A stretch of DNA of 64,000 nt, from contig NC_134034.1 of the NCBI RefSeq assembly GCF_964204645.1, forward strand, positions 7,104,914 through 7,168,913. Direction: 5' to 3'. The notes under the pieces are model-generated. The model saw only the letters and a list, made by a program, of their open reading frames with translations, had not been told where the DNA came from and did not search any database. Shown here in pieces: positions 1 to 10,653 of this stretch (the stretch's first letter is position 1; each line of letters begins with the position of its first letter). The translations under genes and the position numbers were made by a program. This DNA is from Tubulanus polymorphus (taxonomy: Eukaryota > Animalia > Nemertea).

Positions 1-3000
1 CGAATTCAATCATTTCATCACCCCCTAATTCATCTTTAAACTTACCAGGAATCTTTTATTATCATTGCTAAATAGTCCATGATCTTTGGGATAATTGCTA
101 GAATCAAAATGATGTTTTAATGTTTTTAAGTCTTTTGTTATGTCATTTGTCTTGATTTTTAGTATGTACGCATCAAAAATTTTTAAAACATTTAATTTAA
201 CAATTATTTATTCAATTATTTAAAAAAATATCAAACTATTAGATGTTTAAATCATTCAGCTTAATTCAATACTTAGTTGACTACTGACTTTCAATGTAGA
301 ATTGTTACTCTTTTCACAGTTTTTATGTTTAATTGTTTGATAATGCTTTGATTTATGTGATCTTAAATATTTACCTCCACAATTACAATACACTCTTTCA
401 TTAGGATTGAATTGTCTAAATTCATTATCTAAATCACATTGAATACCAATATCCTTATAAGAATTATTATAATAATCTAATTCACATTGAATTCCAATAT
501 TTGATTTATTTTCATAATGAATAATTTGTTTATCAAAATTAAAATATAATTGTCATTTTTCAATTCTTAAGTCGGTTAAACCAGAACTAGAGTAGCAATA
601 ACAAGGATCAACATTAAAATGATTCAAATTAACTTCTCTAAATTTTTCCAATATATCAGCCAATATCATAACATCTGATTTCAAGTATAAATCTACTAAT
701 TCACCATGATTTTCTATCTAAATGATTCCAAATATTTAATGTTCTATTAAAAACTTCATCTTTTACATACTCCTCTTTTAATTGATCATAAAATTGTTCT
801 TTTAATAATTCTGTTACAATAAAATCATCATGTGTTTTATAAAATGAATAAGGAATTGCGCCTTTATATCTCAATAATTTAAAATCTTGTTCATTTGGAT
901 AATAATGTCGAGTTATTATAAAATCATTATCAACTAAACTTTTTGCTTAATTATCTAATGAACTTGCTAGAAATCTATAAGAATCTAAAAATCTAATGCA
1001 ACTAAATTGAAATGAAATATAATTTTCAGATGTTTTAGCTAATAGTTTGAAATCATATTTTCTAAAATTTGTACCATTCATAGCATTATATTCTTCTATT
1101 TTTTCATTAGTTGCGCCCAATTTTCCTGATAATTTTTTATAAATAGATGGGTATCATACCCTGATAAATTATGAAATAATATTGGTACGAAATTAACTTT
1201 CTTAGCTTGTAAATTACAATCTTCATGAGCAGCTCCGCGGTATTTTGAATTTAAATGGTCATGATCTCTAACTCTTTTATCAAATGAATAAAAACGTTTT
1301 TCACAGTAACGATAATGAGTTGAATAATTGAAATCAATTTCACCTTCTTTTGTCATAACTATTCTTTTATTTTTGTTTGATAATTTTGCAAAATCACATT
1401 CTATTTCAATTATTTTGTTACAAAAAGCATTAACTACATCTTCACCTCTAAGAGAAATATATTGACTTTCATATAATTCAGGATAATTTGATTTTATGTA
1501 AATTCCATAAGCAGCAGCTCTTTGGTGAACTTTTTAAATTCTGTTTATAATCGGTGGATCTTTAATTATATCTTCATTTAATTCATTTCCTTTATCCATT
1601 GATTTTAAAAATTGCTTTTTGTTATATATTTCTTTTCTATCTTGATCAGTTAATTCTTTATTCAACGATTCAAAATCCCCATAAATTACAAATGGAACAA
1701 TATTTTTAAATTTATGATTAGTAATTTTCAACTTACAATCTTTTTTTTGGCATTATTAATTTACAAAAATCTTTATTATCACATAATTCTTTATGTTTTA
1801 TTAATGTATTCTCAGTCATAAATTTAGATAAACATTTTCTACATAGATAAATTCTATTATGATGATCACTTTCTGTTCTAAAGAATAAATCAATTTGTTT
1901 TAACCACATATAATGTTCATTTTCATCTTTTTTGTAATGTAACAAATCTATAGCATTTTCATCATCATAATATTCTTTTAAATATAAAGCTTCTAATGTA
2001 TAATCTCTAATATTTTCACCTTCTGTCTTTGGTAATTGCATTAATTCGAATACATTTGTTTTCAAATTATTAACTTTTTCTATCTTGGGTATCATTTTTA
2101 TAGTTACTGGATATTGATCAATTTTATATAATGTTTCATATTTCCGGTAATCTGTTATTCTAAAACTATGCGTAATATCTTCTGTTGGGTGTAAGCAACT
2201 AATAATTGACCATAGAAAACATTTATTATCTTCATTTATTACTGCTTTTGTTGTAAATGGTAATTTGATATAACTTGATGCTTTATTATCCTTTTCTGTT
2301 GTAAAGTTTGAATCATTTTTAAACATTGTTTTACTTTTTGATGTTTTATTCCTTTTTATTTTATAAACATTTAAATCTAAAAATATAATTTCATTCAATG
2401 TTAAACCAGAACCCTCAAAATATCTTTCTTCAATATGACGTTTAAATTCATTAAATATTTTTTCTAACTTCTCTTTTATTTGTGTTTTTGAAATTATTTC
2501 TTCAGAGAGTGTTTGAATATTATAATCCATTTTATCTTCTGACTTTAAAAAACTTACTTTCCCAGAGATACTAATTTTTGGATATTCAACATCTGTTATC
2601 AAATCTAGTATTTTTTTCTATTATTTCATTAAATTTACTATAATCTTCTATTGTTGCACCTTTAAAAAATCTAAATATTATAGCTGCATGACCAATGTCA
2701 CTATGTAATGTTTCTAAAATTTTAATTGTATCTTTTATTTCTAGTGAATCGATATAATTTCTAACATTTTCCATGTAAGTTTTATTTGGAATGGATTTAG
2801 TTTTTGAAGTTGATCATCGAAATAATCTATTCCTAAAACATTATTACTCAAATTTTGATGGTGTTTATGTGATTCGAGATGTCTTTTATAATTCCTTTTT
2901 ACTATAAATTCATTACAAACTTCACATTTTATTTCGTCTTTTTTCATATCATCTAATCGTTCTTTTCTTTCATTGGAATTTTCTGGAGTTTCAAAATCTA

Positions 3001-3133
3001 TTACATTTTTTATATGATTTGCGGTTTTTTCATGGTGTGTTTTATAAGATTTAACTATGTATTTTTTACAATATGGACAATAATATTGATTTTTAGCATA
3101 AATTTGTTCTGTATGTTGTTCACTATCTCCCAA
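1..3133 (-). pseudogene. polB: Protein-primed family B DNA polymerase (pPolB) with N-terminal Zn fingers; frameshifted, catalytic core replaced by an unrelated segment
   Basis: ORF pieces 2741-3133, 2586-2774, 1733-2602, 1534-1731 and 1096-1356 carry VIYGDFES (ExoI), RDHDHLNSKYRGAAHEDCN and FHNLSGYD (ExoII). Bases 1-170 encode C-terminal KIPGKFKDELGG. Confidence 0.9.
260..556 (-). pseudogene. Small Zn-finger protein fragment (two IGIQC repeats plus CxCGGKY..H..T.KH) inside the polB of element A
   Basis: Manual translation gives ...NIGIQCELDYYNNSYKDIGIQCDLD...VYCNCGGKYLRSHKSKHYQTIKH. The ATG at 556 is out of frame by one base. Confidence 0.5.
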
Positions 3134-3279
3134 TTATTAGGGAAAAAATTACTAGTGGTGATGAGAGGTGTCTCGTACTCTCGTACTCTGGCCTGAAAGC
3201 CTACTTTTACAATTACTAACAAAATATATTTTTGATTTCATTCAACCATTTCTCACCGTTATAGCTTTTAATGTCATTT

Positions 3280-4329
3280 TCATGCTCCGGTTAAATGTCG
3301 TCGGAGTATGTCTCTTTTTAGCACACCTGCACCTACATTTTGCAGTAAATTATTCACACTTAAGCCATCGTCCTCGATGCCTATTCCCTCCAGTTCATCG
3401 TTTGAAATTGTACATATATTATGAAGAACGAAACAAGATATTATGATTTTAATGATTTTCTTCACTGATCTCGAATTCACAAAACGTAATCTAGGGAAAC
3501 GTCCCTTTAGCCTTCCAAAAGATCGCTCTACAAATGATCGGTCACTCGACTGAAGGTAATTGAATCTTTTATGTGACGGCGTCAGATTCCCGTCGTTTCT
3601 GTACGGTATCATTAACCATGATTTAAATGGATATCCACCGTCACCGATCAAATGCTGCATGTCTCCAAACAGTTGCGTTGCATTATCATAAATGTCACTA
3701 TTACGTAAAACACGGCTGTCGTTAACGCTTCCGGGCCAGCCAACATAAACATGTGTGTATCTCATGTCCTCGCGGCAAACTACTTGAACGTTCATTGAAT
3801 GAAACCCTTTACGATTCACAAAAACCTGCTTATCGGCTCTTGGAGGAGCTTGAATTTCGATATGAGTACCGTCAATAGCGCCGATAATTCCAGGGAAACA
3901 GTTTCGGTTCACGAAGTAATTACTGATTTCAATTTTTTCCTGGTAGTTCGGCCATTTTATAAAATGTCTGCGGAGATTGATAGCCAATGCATCGATAACG
4001 TTATCGACGCATTTTAGAACAGTGGACTCTGTCACGTCGAACCGATCGGATATCTGCTTTAACGAGTCTTGTGATCCGAGAAACCATAACGATATAAGAA
4101 GTTTATTTTGTGAAACTGGTTGCTTTCCACGCGGAATTACTGGCTCTTCCATTGTAGGGCATGTTGCAACGTGTCCATGTAATATATCAAAAGTGAATGG
4201 CGTCATACGAAAAAGTTTCCGAAAATCATCTATGAGGTAATAATCAACGACGTCCCGGACATAGTTGTTAATCTTGATTCTCTCCGACCTCAGTCTAGAA
4301 AAAAAAATCAAAATAAGGTAATAAAGCAA
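3280..4329 (-). CDS. PIF/Harbinger DDE transposase (HARBI1-like); probably the last exon, with a splice acceptor at 4296-4295
   Basis: Motifs FRMTPFTF, GAIDGTHI, NRKGFHSMNVQ, GWPGSVNDSRV, LIGDGGY, VERSFGRLKGRF and CFVLHN. A polypyrimidine tract plus AG (minus strand TTTTTTTCTAG) precedes 4294. Confidence 0.92.
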   Translation of the reverse strand: MLYYLILIFFSRLRSERIKINNYVRDVVDYYLIDDFRKLFRMTPFTFDILHGHVATCPTMEEPVIPRGKQPVSQNKLLISLWFLGSQDSLKQISDRFDVTESTVLKCVDNVIDALAINLRRHFIKWPNYQEKIEISNYFVNRNCFPGIIGAIDGTHIEIQAPPRADKQVFVNRKGFHSMNVQVVCREDMRYTHVYVGWPGSVNDSRVLRNSDIYDNATQLFGDMQHLIGDGGYPFKSWLMIPYRNDGNLTPSHKRFNYLQSSDRSFVERSFGRLKGRFPRLRFVNSRSVKKIIKIIISCFVLHNICTISNDELEGIGIEDDGLSVNNLLQNVGAGVLKRDILRRHLTGA

Positions 4330-4346
4330 GATAAAGCATTTACATC

Positions 4347-4496
4347 AGTAATAGGGAATATGGGGGTTCAGATCAAAGGTCGAGAGGTCGAGTTCATAAA
4401 AATGAAAAATAGATTCTCGCACACTCGAATCTATTTTTCATTTTTATGAATTCGCCCTCTCAACCTTTAATCTGAACCCCCATATTCCCTATTACT
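4347..4496. repeat. Terminal fold-back hairpin (150 bp), AGTAATAGGGAATATGGGGG type
   Basis: AGTAATAGGGAATATGGGGGTTCAGA at the start pairs with TCTGAACCCCCATATTCCCTATTACT at the end. Loop is TCGCACACTC. Confidence 0.95.
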
Positions 4497-4543
4497 CTTA
4501 AAATATTAATCTAATAACTTCTAAAATCAATTTTAATAAAGAA

Positions 4544-5319
4544 TTGGATATCAAAATGGAAGCAAATAAGTACTACTGTTCAACATGTAAAATTGATATA
4601 GATAAATCTCAAAAAGCAAGACATAATAAAACTAAAACACACTTAGAAAATAAATTAAAGTTAGAATATAAAGATGATATATTAGAAACTAAATTAGATC
4701 AATTAAAGAATGAAAAAGAAATATATAAATGTGATACATGTAATCAATCTTTCAGCGACAAAAGATATTATAAAGAACATTTAAAATCTAAAAGTAATAT
4801 TAGAAATATGAATAATGATATTTTAGGTGAAGATTATTTGATAATGATAATGATAAGAAACAGAAGACAATTAAAAGAATAAAAGATAAATTAAACAATA
4901 AAAGGCCATACATGGAAGATGTAAGCAATTATATTAATTCATTAGATAATAAAAAAGAAATAGAGATAACTGAAGCATTTAAAAGTGATATTGGTCTAGC
5001 AGCTATCGAGTTTAAATTTCACAAAGGTAAAACATTAGTAGAAAATAAAAAACATTTAGAAAATATGAAAAATATTATAAGAATAATTACTGATGTTGAA
5101 TACCCTAAAATTAGTATATCTTCTAAAGTTAAATTTATAAAATCTGAAGATAAACCAATATATAATATAAATTCTCATTCACAACATATTATATCTAAAC
5201 AACATATAGATGTAAAAAAGATGACTCGACTAAAATTAATAAATCTACCTAAGACTTTGAGTGAATTAGATATAAACAGAGATGATTTTATAATTATATT
5301 AGAAACAAAATTAGAATAA
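4544..5319 (+). pseudogene. polB: N-terminal Zn-finger part of pPolB, fused after ~5212 to the tail of a different gene
   Basis: Near-identical to the 11110 and 35335 ORFs up to SKQHID. The tail RLKLI resembles the C-terminus of the 57719-58972 gene. Confidence 0.8.
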
Positions 5320-5326
5320 TTATTAT

Positions 5327-5664
5327 AAAACTAATTTATATAATTATATACTAGACGTACGAGTAAGAATCCAAGAATCCAAGAAATCTTACTTTCTTAC
5401 TCGTACGTCTAGTATATAGTTATATATAATAGTTTTCATAAAAATCAAAAACATGAAATTATTAATCTAAGTATAGAAATAGTTATAATATAATCTATTT
5501 TTATTATTATTAAGAGAAAACATATAATTTATTCATTTTTATATAATTCATTTAATAATTTATATATCTATATACTAGACGAACGTAAGAATCTAAGAAT
5601 CTCACTTTCTTGGTAAGAATCTTAGATTCTTACTCGAACGTCTAGTATATAGATATATAAATTA
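5327..5664. repeat. Two related ~105-bp palindromes at the convergence point of the two gene arms (candidate terminators)
   Basis: TATACTAGACGTACGAGTAAGAA...TTCTTACTCGTACGTCTAGTATA (5327-5436) and TAATTTATATATCTATATACTAGAC...GTCTAGTATATAGATATATAAATTA (5556-5664). Confidence 0.85.
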
Positions 5665-5693
5665 GTTTCTATAATATTCCAAATTATGAATAG

Positions 5694-6304
5694 TTATTTT
5701 ATAAATTTATATTCATAGGGAAATTGTAGTCTCAGTAATAATTTTGAACCTTTATTATTCTTTAATTTATTCATATATTCATCATGTAATTCAGTAGGTA
5801 TAATTTGATTTTCTTCCAATGATTGTTGCATAGATTTTCTATCTTTGTTATAAAATAAAACTAGAAATCTTATATTCTCCCTAAAGTCTTTAACAATTGA
5901 ATTATCTTTTTGATTTAAAACCCAAGTTTTTATCCCAAAATGTCTACCAGAAAAAGCTAAATAGCATAACTCACTTTCTCTAACTTTTGAATCATGTAAA
6001 TTTGCGCAATCATCTATGATAAATAATGTATTTGATCCTTTATAAATATCAATTGCTATTCTTATACAATTATCTAAATTTTCTTTTACTGTTTTAGGAT
6101 CTAATATAATAAACTTTTTTATCTTAACTATAACTATATATATTATATGTTTTATTCATTTCATAAGAGGACAGAATAATATTATATTATCAAAATGATT
6201 CTTATAAATAGTTTCTAACAAATCTAATATGAAATGTGTTTTATCACAGTTTGTTACGCCAGTAACATATTATGCGGTTCAAATATAAATAAATCTTTAT
6301 TCAT
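5694..6304 (-). pseudogene. A32/FtsK-type packaging ATPase, disrupted
   Basis: Reverse complement aligns with 51056-51668 (IIDDCANLHD, SGRHFG, QFPYEYKFI). Confidence 0.88.
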
Positions 6305-7409
6305 TTATTCTTTTAATTTTACTAGATAAAATCCATTCATTAAATTTATCATCGTATCCTTTATATTTCACTAAAGAATACTTTTTTCCTTTATGAGTTT
6401 TTGTTTTCAATACTTTTTCTATTTTGTATTCTATTTCATCTGGATTTGGTACAAGTGATAATTCTTGTTCATAGAAATAACCTAATATTTCTTCATCTTT
6501 TAGATCTTCTAGTTTATAAACAAATGGTTTAGTTAATATTATCTTTTTTAATCTTGAATATTTCTTCAGTAGAATTAGGGGTATAACCTTTATAAAAGGT
6601 TTTTCTATATTTAGATATTCTAACGTGTTGTCCAATTTTGAATCTAGGTTCACCGAAATCATGTGTAACAAATGCACCATATGAATTATTCCAAACTTTT
6701 TCTGAATTATCTTCTTTTCTAGCTTGTATAGGTTTCATATTTATAGAACTATGTTTAGAATTATTATAACCTTTCACTAAATCATCTAACACATCGATAT
6801 ATTTATATGTTTCATTAGCAGTAAAATATTTCCACATTCTAGTTTTCGATGTTTTATTAAATCTTTCTATAATAGATGCTTTTTTATCTGAGTGTGTTGA
6901 AAAATAATCTACATCGTTATCAGACAATAGTTTTTTGAAATGTTTGTTATAGAATTCCTTACCTTCATCAAATTGTATCTTATCTGGAATAGCTTCTTTA
7001 AATATATTCTTAAAGGCATTTGTTACTTCTATTCCAGTTTTATTTTTGATTGGAATTGACCATGCGTATCTACTGAATATGTCTATAACATTCAGTATCC
7101 AGAAATATCCTTTGTTGTATTCTTCAAGTTCTTCATGTCAATTAAATCTGCTTGCCATTGTTGATCGATATATGAAACCATAACTTTTCTTGTTAAATAA
7201 GTTTTATCCATTTTCTTGTGGATTTGATATGTTGGTTGATTTTGTAACCATAATCTTAGTTCACTATATTTTATATCACCATGTGGGTGCCGTACGGCAC
7301 CATTTTCATTATCAGATTTAATTTTATTCTATAATTCTAAAACGTTAGAATATGATACTTCACTTTCTGGGTTATAATATAACTCTCTTAAATATTGTTC
7401 TTTTAACAT
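6297..7409 (-). pseudogene. Retroviral-like (rve) integrase with C-terminal chromodomain, frameshifted
   Basis: QWQADLIDM, IDIFSRYAW, IQFDEGKEF and IERFNKT motifs, plus chromodomain YKIEKVL...LVKYKGYDDKFNEW. Confidence 0.93.
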
Positions 7410-7415
7410 CTTATT

Positions 7416-8078
7416 TTAATCCATTAATAATAATTTAGATTTAGTTTCAATGACTTTATGATTTGACTTATTTTCTGGTATGATAGGTTTATTTTGTTCT
7501 GATTCATTTTCTGTTTCGACGTTTGGTTGTAGTACAGCGTCATCTGTTTCGTTCTTACCTGATTTATATTCCATAGGCTTGATGTTCGAAAATGTTATGA
7601 CACCAGTAGAAATTAATGTCATAACCGATCCTAATTGAAATGAAGCATATCCAACCCATTTTTGTAATTCAGTCATAACTAAGTAGTCATTTTTCAAATC
7701 ACTATATAATTTATTTTCATCATTAATTGGTATTAACTGGTTACATAACTTAGAATAACATTTGACAATACCATCTGAAATAGAATCATTTATTCTAGCT
7801 AATCTAGCTTCTTCATAAATCTTAAAATATTTCATTACTTTATCTGGTTTCATAGAGTCTAGTTCTTGAAAAGTAATGATTCTATTTAAAAACTCCTTAG
7901 TTTTTCCACCGGCAATCAATAGTTCTAGATGATGCTTACAATATAAATAGTATTCATAATCTATATTACAATTAACTTGACCACAATTAGTTACAACTGT
8001 ATCTTTATTATCACTTATACCCAAATCATCTAATGTCTTTTCAATATCAATACTATTCTTATTAGATTTCTTTGACAT
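7416..8078 (-). CDS. Polinton hypothetical protein (MSKKS family) fused in frame to the C-terminus of the downstream gene
   Basis: Matches 27945-28553 up to ESEQ, then the last 25 aa of 28592-28900. Confidence 0.75.
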   Translation of the reverse strand: MSKKSNKNSIDIEKTLDDLGISDNKDTVVTNCGQVNCNIDYEYYLYCKHHLELLIAGGKTKEFLNRIITFQELDSMKPDKVMKYFKIYEEARLARINDSISDGIVKCYSKLCNQLIPINDENKLYSDLKNDYLVMTELQKWVGYASFQLGSVMTLISTGVITFSNIKPMEYKSGKNETDDAVLQPNVETENESEQNKPIIPENKSNHKVIETKSKLLLMD

Positions 8079-8384
8079 TTATATTAGAGAAAAAAAGCAA
8101 AAAAAATATTATAAGTATTCTTCAAATGATACTAGCTAGTTAAAGCTAAAGAATTCTAGTATTGACTACTGATACTAGCTATTTGAATTTAAAGACTTTT
8201 TTTATTTGAATCTATTCAAAATATAAAGTATTCTCTTTTTGAAAAGAAAATATTAAAAATATAATAGAATTCACTAGCTAGTTGGAGTTATTGTTTTTTT
8301 TATTATATTTTATTTAAATTCTATTTGATATCTCACTACTATTGTCTATCTTTTAGGAGCAGTAATTATAACTGTCCAGATAAG

Positions 8385-8843
8385 TCATTTCGGATCCTTG
8401 ATATCAAATTCCTCAACGTATTGTTCATTATTTGGATCATTGTTCCATTGAACATTAAATTTCTTTGCCTTTGTTAACTGTTCTGAATATAACTGTAAAT
8501 CTAGTTTATTAGATTTAATTATGTTATCCTTCTTTTCTAAAGGTCTTAAATTTTTCCAATTCCAAATAAGTTTTTTATTGTATTCATCATTCATGTTAAA
8601 TTTAGATATTGGTAACACGTGATCAATATGGTAATAATCCCCATAATTATCTATATTCATTTTATCATCGAATTGAAATATAATCCATGATTTGAGAAAT
8701 TCATCTGAACAACCCAACAAATTAGATCTGAATGTTTCTGAATGTGTTTCTTTGTTGAATAATTGTGTTAATCTAGATCTTAAGCATTGTTTCAATCTAA
8801 AATTAAGATCTGTTTTATATCTTTCTCTCATATATTCTGTCAT
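8385..8843 (-). CDS. HNH endonuclease, lacking the N-terminal Zn ribbon
   Basis: YHIDHVLPISKF...WKNLRPLEKKDNIIKSNK HNH signature. Confidence 0.8.
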   Translation of the reverse strand: MTEYMRERYKTDLNFRLKQCLRSRLTQLFNKETHSETFRSNLLGCSDEFLKSWIIFQFDDKMNIDNYGDYYHIDHVLPISKFNMNDEYNKKLIWNWKNLRPLEKKDNIIKSNKLDLQLYSEQLTKAKKFNVQWNNDPNNEQYVEEFDIKDPK

Positions 8844-8937
8844 ATAATATGAATATTGAAATAATGTTCTAAATATATACTTTTATATTGAATAATCTGT
8901 CAATTTAAATGTTATTCATGAATATGATTACTTTAAG

Positions 8938-9348
8938 AGTAATAGGGGTAATGGGCTTTCAGGTTAAAGGTTGAATGGTCGAGTTCATTAAAAACAAATA
9001 TTAAAAGTAATTGAAAACTATAATATATTTTCATAACCGTGTGTATTTCAGTGGAATAATAGAATAATTATTATTATTAAAATATATTTGATTATATGAA
9101 TTTGTGTATTGTAAATAAATCAATTGGTCGTGGAGCGGAGCGGTAGCGAAGTGGAGCGACCAATTGATTTAATACAATATGCTTTTTAAATTTTAAATTA
9201 TTGATATCTTAGAATAAATATTTAGTTATAATATAAAATACACACGGTTATGAAAATATATTATAGTTTTAAATTACTTTTAATGTTTTGTTTTTTAATG
9301 AGCTCGACCGTTCGATCTTTGGCTTGAAAGCCCATTACCCCTATTACT
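8938..9348. repeat. Terminal fold-back hairpin (411 bp), right end of element B
   Basis: AGTAATAGGGGTAATGGGCTTTCA pairs with TGAAAGCCCATTACCCCTATTACT. Inner stem AATCAATTGGTCG/CGACCAATTGATT encloses a GAGCG-rich loop. Confidence 0.95.
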
Positions 9349-10653
9349 ACTGTCGGACCGTAAACATCGAAAATTTAGCCCCATTCAATGGGGCGACATG
9401 TTTTTCGAGTCGTCATCCCGAAATCAACCCGCAGGCCGATAGTCACTTCGATTATCAATTCAAGTATAAATTAACTAATTTATTGCTGCGGACTTCACAT
9501 TCAGCCGAGGTCTTCAAAATTTTAACAATAGCCCATTTTCCTCATCAAATCATATTACCGATACACTGGAAATTTACTACTTTAGATTTTAAAAGCACTT
9601 TCGAGCCGTAAACATCGACGAATCGACGTGTGTCACTACATCGTCATTCCGGGGATCAGCTGCGAGTTTCTCCTCATCATGAGAATCAAATCGAGTACAA
9701 ATTAATTTATTACTACCAGTGATTTGGCTGTGGGTTTCAAGGAGTTAGTTTAACAATACCTATTTTTCTTTACCGAATTAACCGTGTATTTACTAAAATA
9801 AATCTTTAGTGTACCGGGGAGTCGTAGGCCTAAACTAAACACGCCGAAGAGATATAGCGGAGAAAAGCTGTTATGTCGACGAGGTATCAAAATAAAAGAA
9901 TATATTACTTTATTCGGCCGCGGGCTTCAACCTCTATATCAATACCATCAATACTCTATATTTCCTACAGTACATACCGATCATTGTCAAATGCACACGG
10001 TTTTTACTAAATACAAGTATATAACACACTCCCATCCGTATGCTGGACTCACACTTGACATTCGGAGTAAGCGTTCGCTGTGGGGGAAAGGAGATCATTC
10101 GCTGTGTCGCTTGAAGTGTTTAACGAGTTTTACGCGACCTTAAGGCTAGGCCTACCGGTACTGACCTTTACTGTCCCAAACAAACACAGTATAAATGTTG
10201 CGGTTATTAACGGACTCATTGGATTGAACTTCAAAACAACATTTATGATATTTAGGAGGGTTGTTATTCAATAGGCCTACGACCAATCTGTCCGGATGTT
10301 AGGCCTACGCATATACATAGGCCTACATAGGCTAGTAGCCTCTACTAGGTTAAAGCTAAATTCACTGTAAAGGAGGAATCAGATTTATTAAAATGCATGT
10401 TAATTTGTGATGAACTGGTTGTGACTTGCAACGATCAATCACAATTATCTATTTTATTGCCAAAAATGAAGATTTTTTTGAAAATTTCGTCTGAGCAGAC
10501 AGCTTTATAAGCCAGACTTTTTTCATTTGAGTTTTTTTATCATAAATGAAACTGGTGTTTCATTAATTTCTAATGACTTAAGCCGGGTGAAGGTCGGCCT
10601 TGCTACGGCTTGTGACTCACTGCGACGCCATTCCCTGCGATTGCAGCGACGAT

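Larger units (their letters stand above)
1..3217 (-). mobile_element. Polinton/Maverick-like element A, PolB end; runs off the left edge; simple non-hairpin terminus at 3217
   Basis: Disrupted pPolB on the minus strand. Terminus reads AGTAATTGTAAAAGTAGGCTTTCAGGCCAGAGTACGAGAGTACGAG on the minus strand from 3217, resembling the AGTAAT... termini of the other elements. Confidence 0.8.
4347..9348. mobile_element. Internally deleted, chimeric Polinton B: PolB end of one variant joined to the ATPase-integrase-HNH end of another
   Basis: Hairpin termini of two different sequence types, non-matching flanks (TACATC vs ACTGTC), and PolB homology lost at ~5212. Confidence 0.8.

Noticed and set aside
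4347-9348. Element B as a single intact insertion
   Set aside because: The end types differ and the flanking 6-mers (TACATC, ACTGTC) do not match.
9288-10274. ORFs 9288-9611 and 10080-10274 and their duplicates
   Set aside because: They have non-ATG starts, one crosses a terminal hairpin, they show no motifs, and they recur only because of the segmental duplication.
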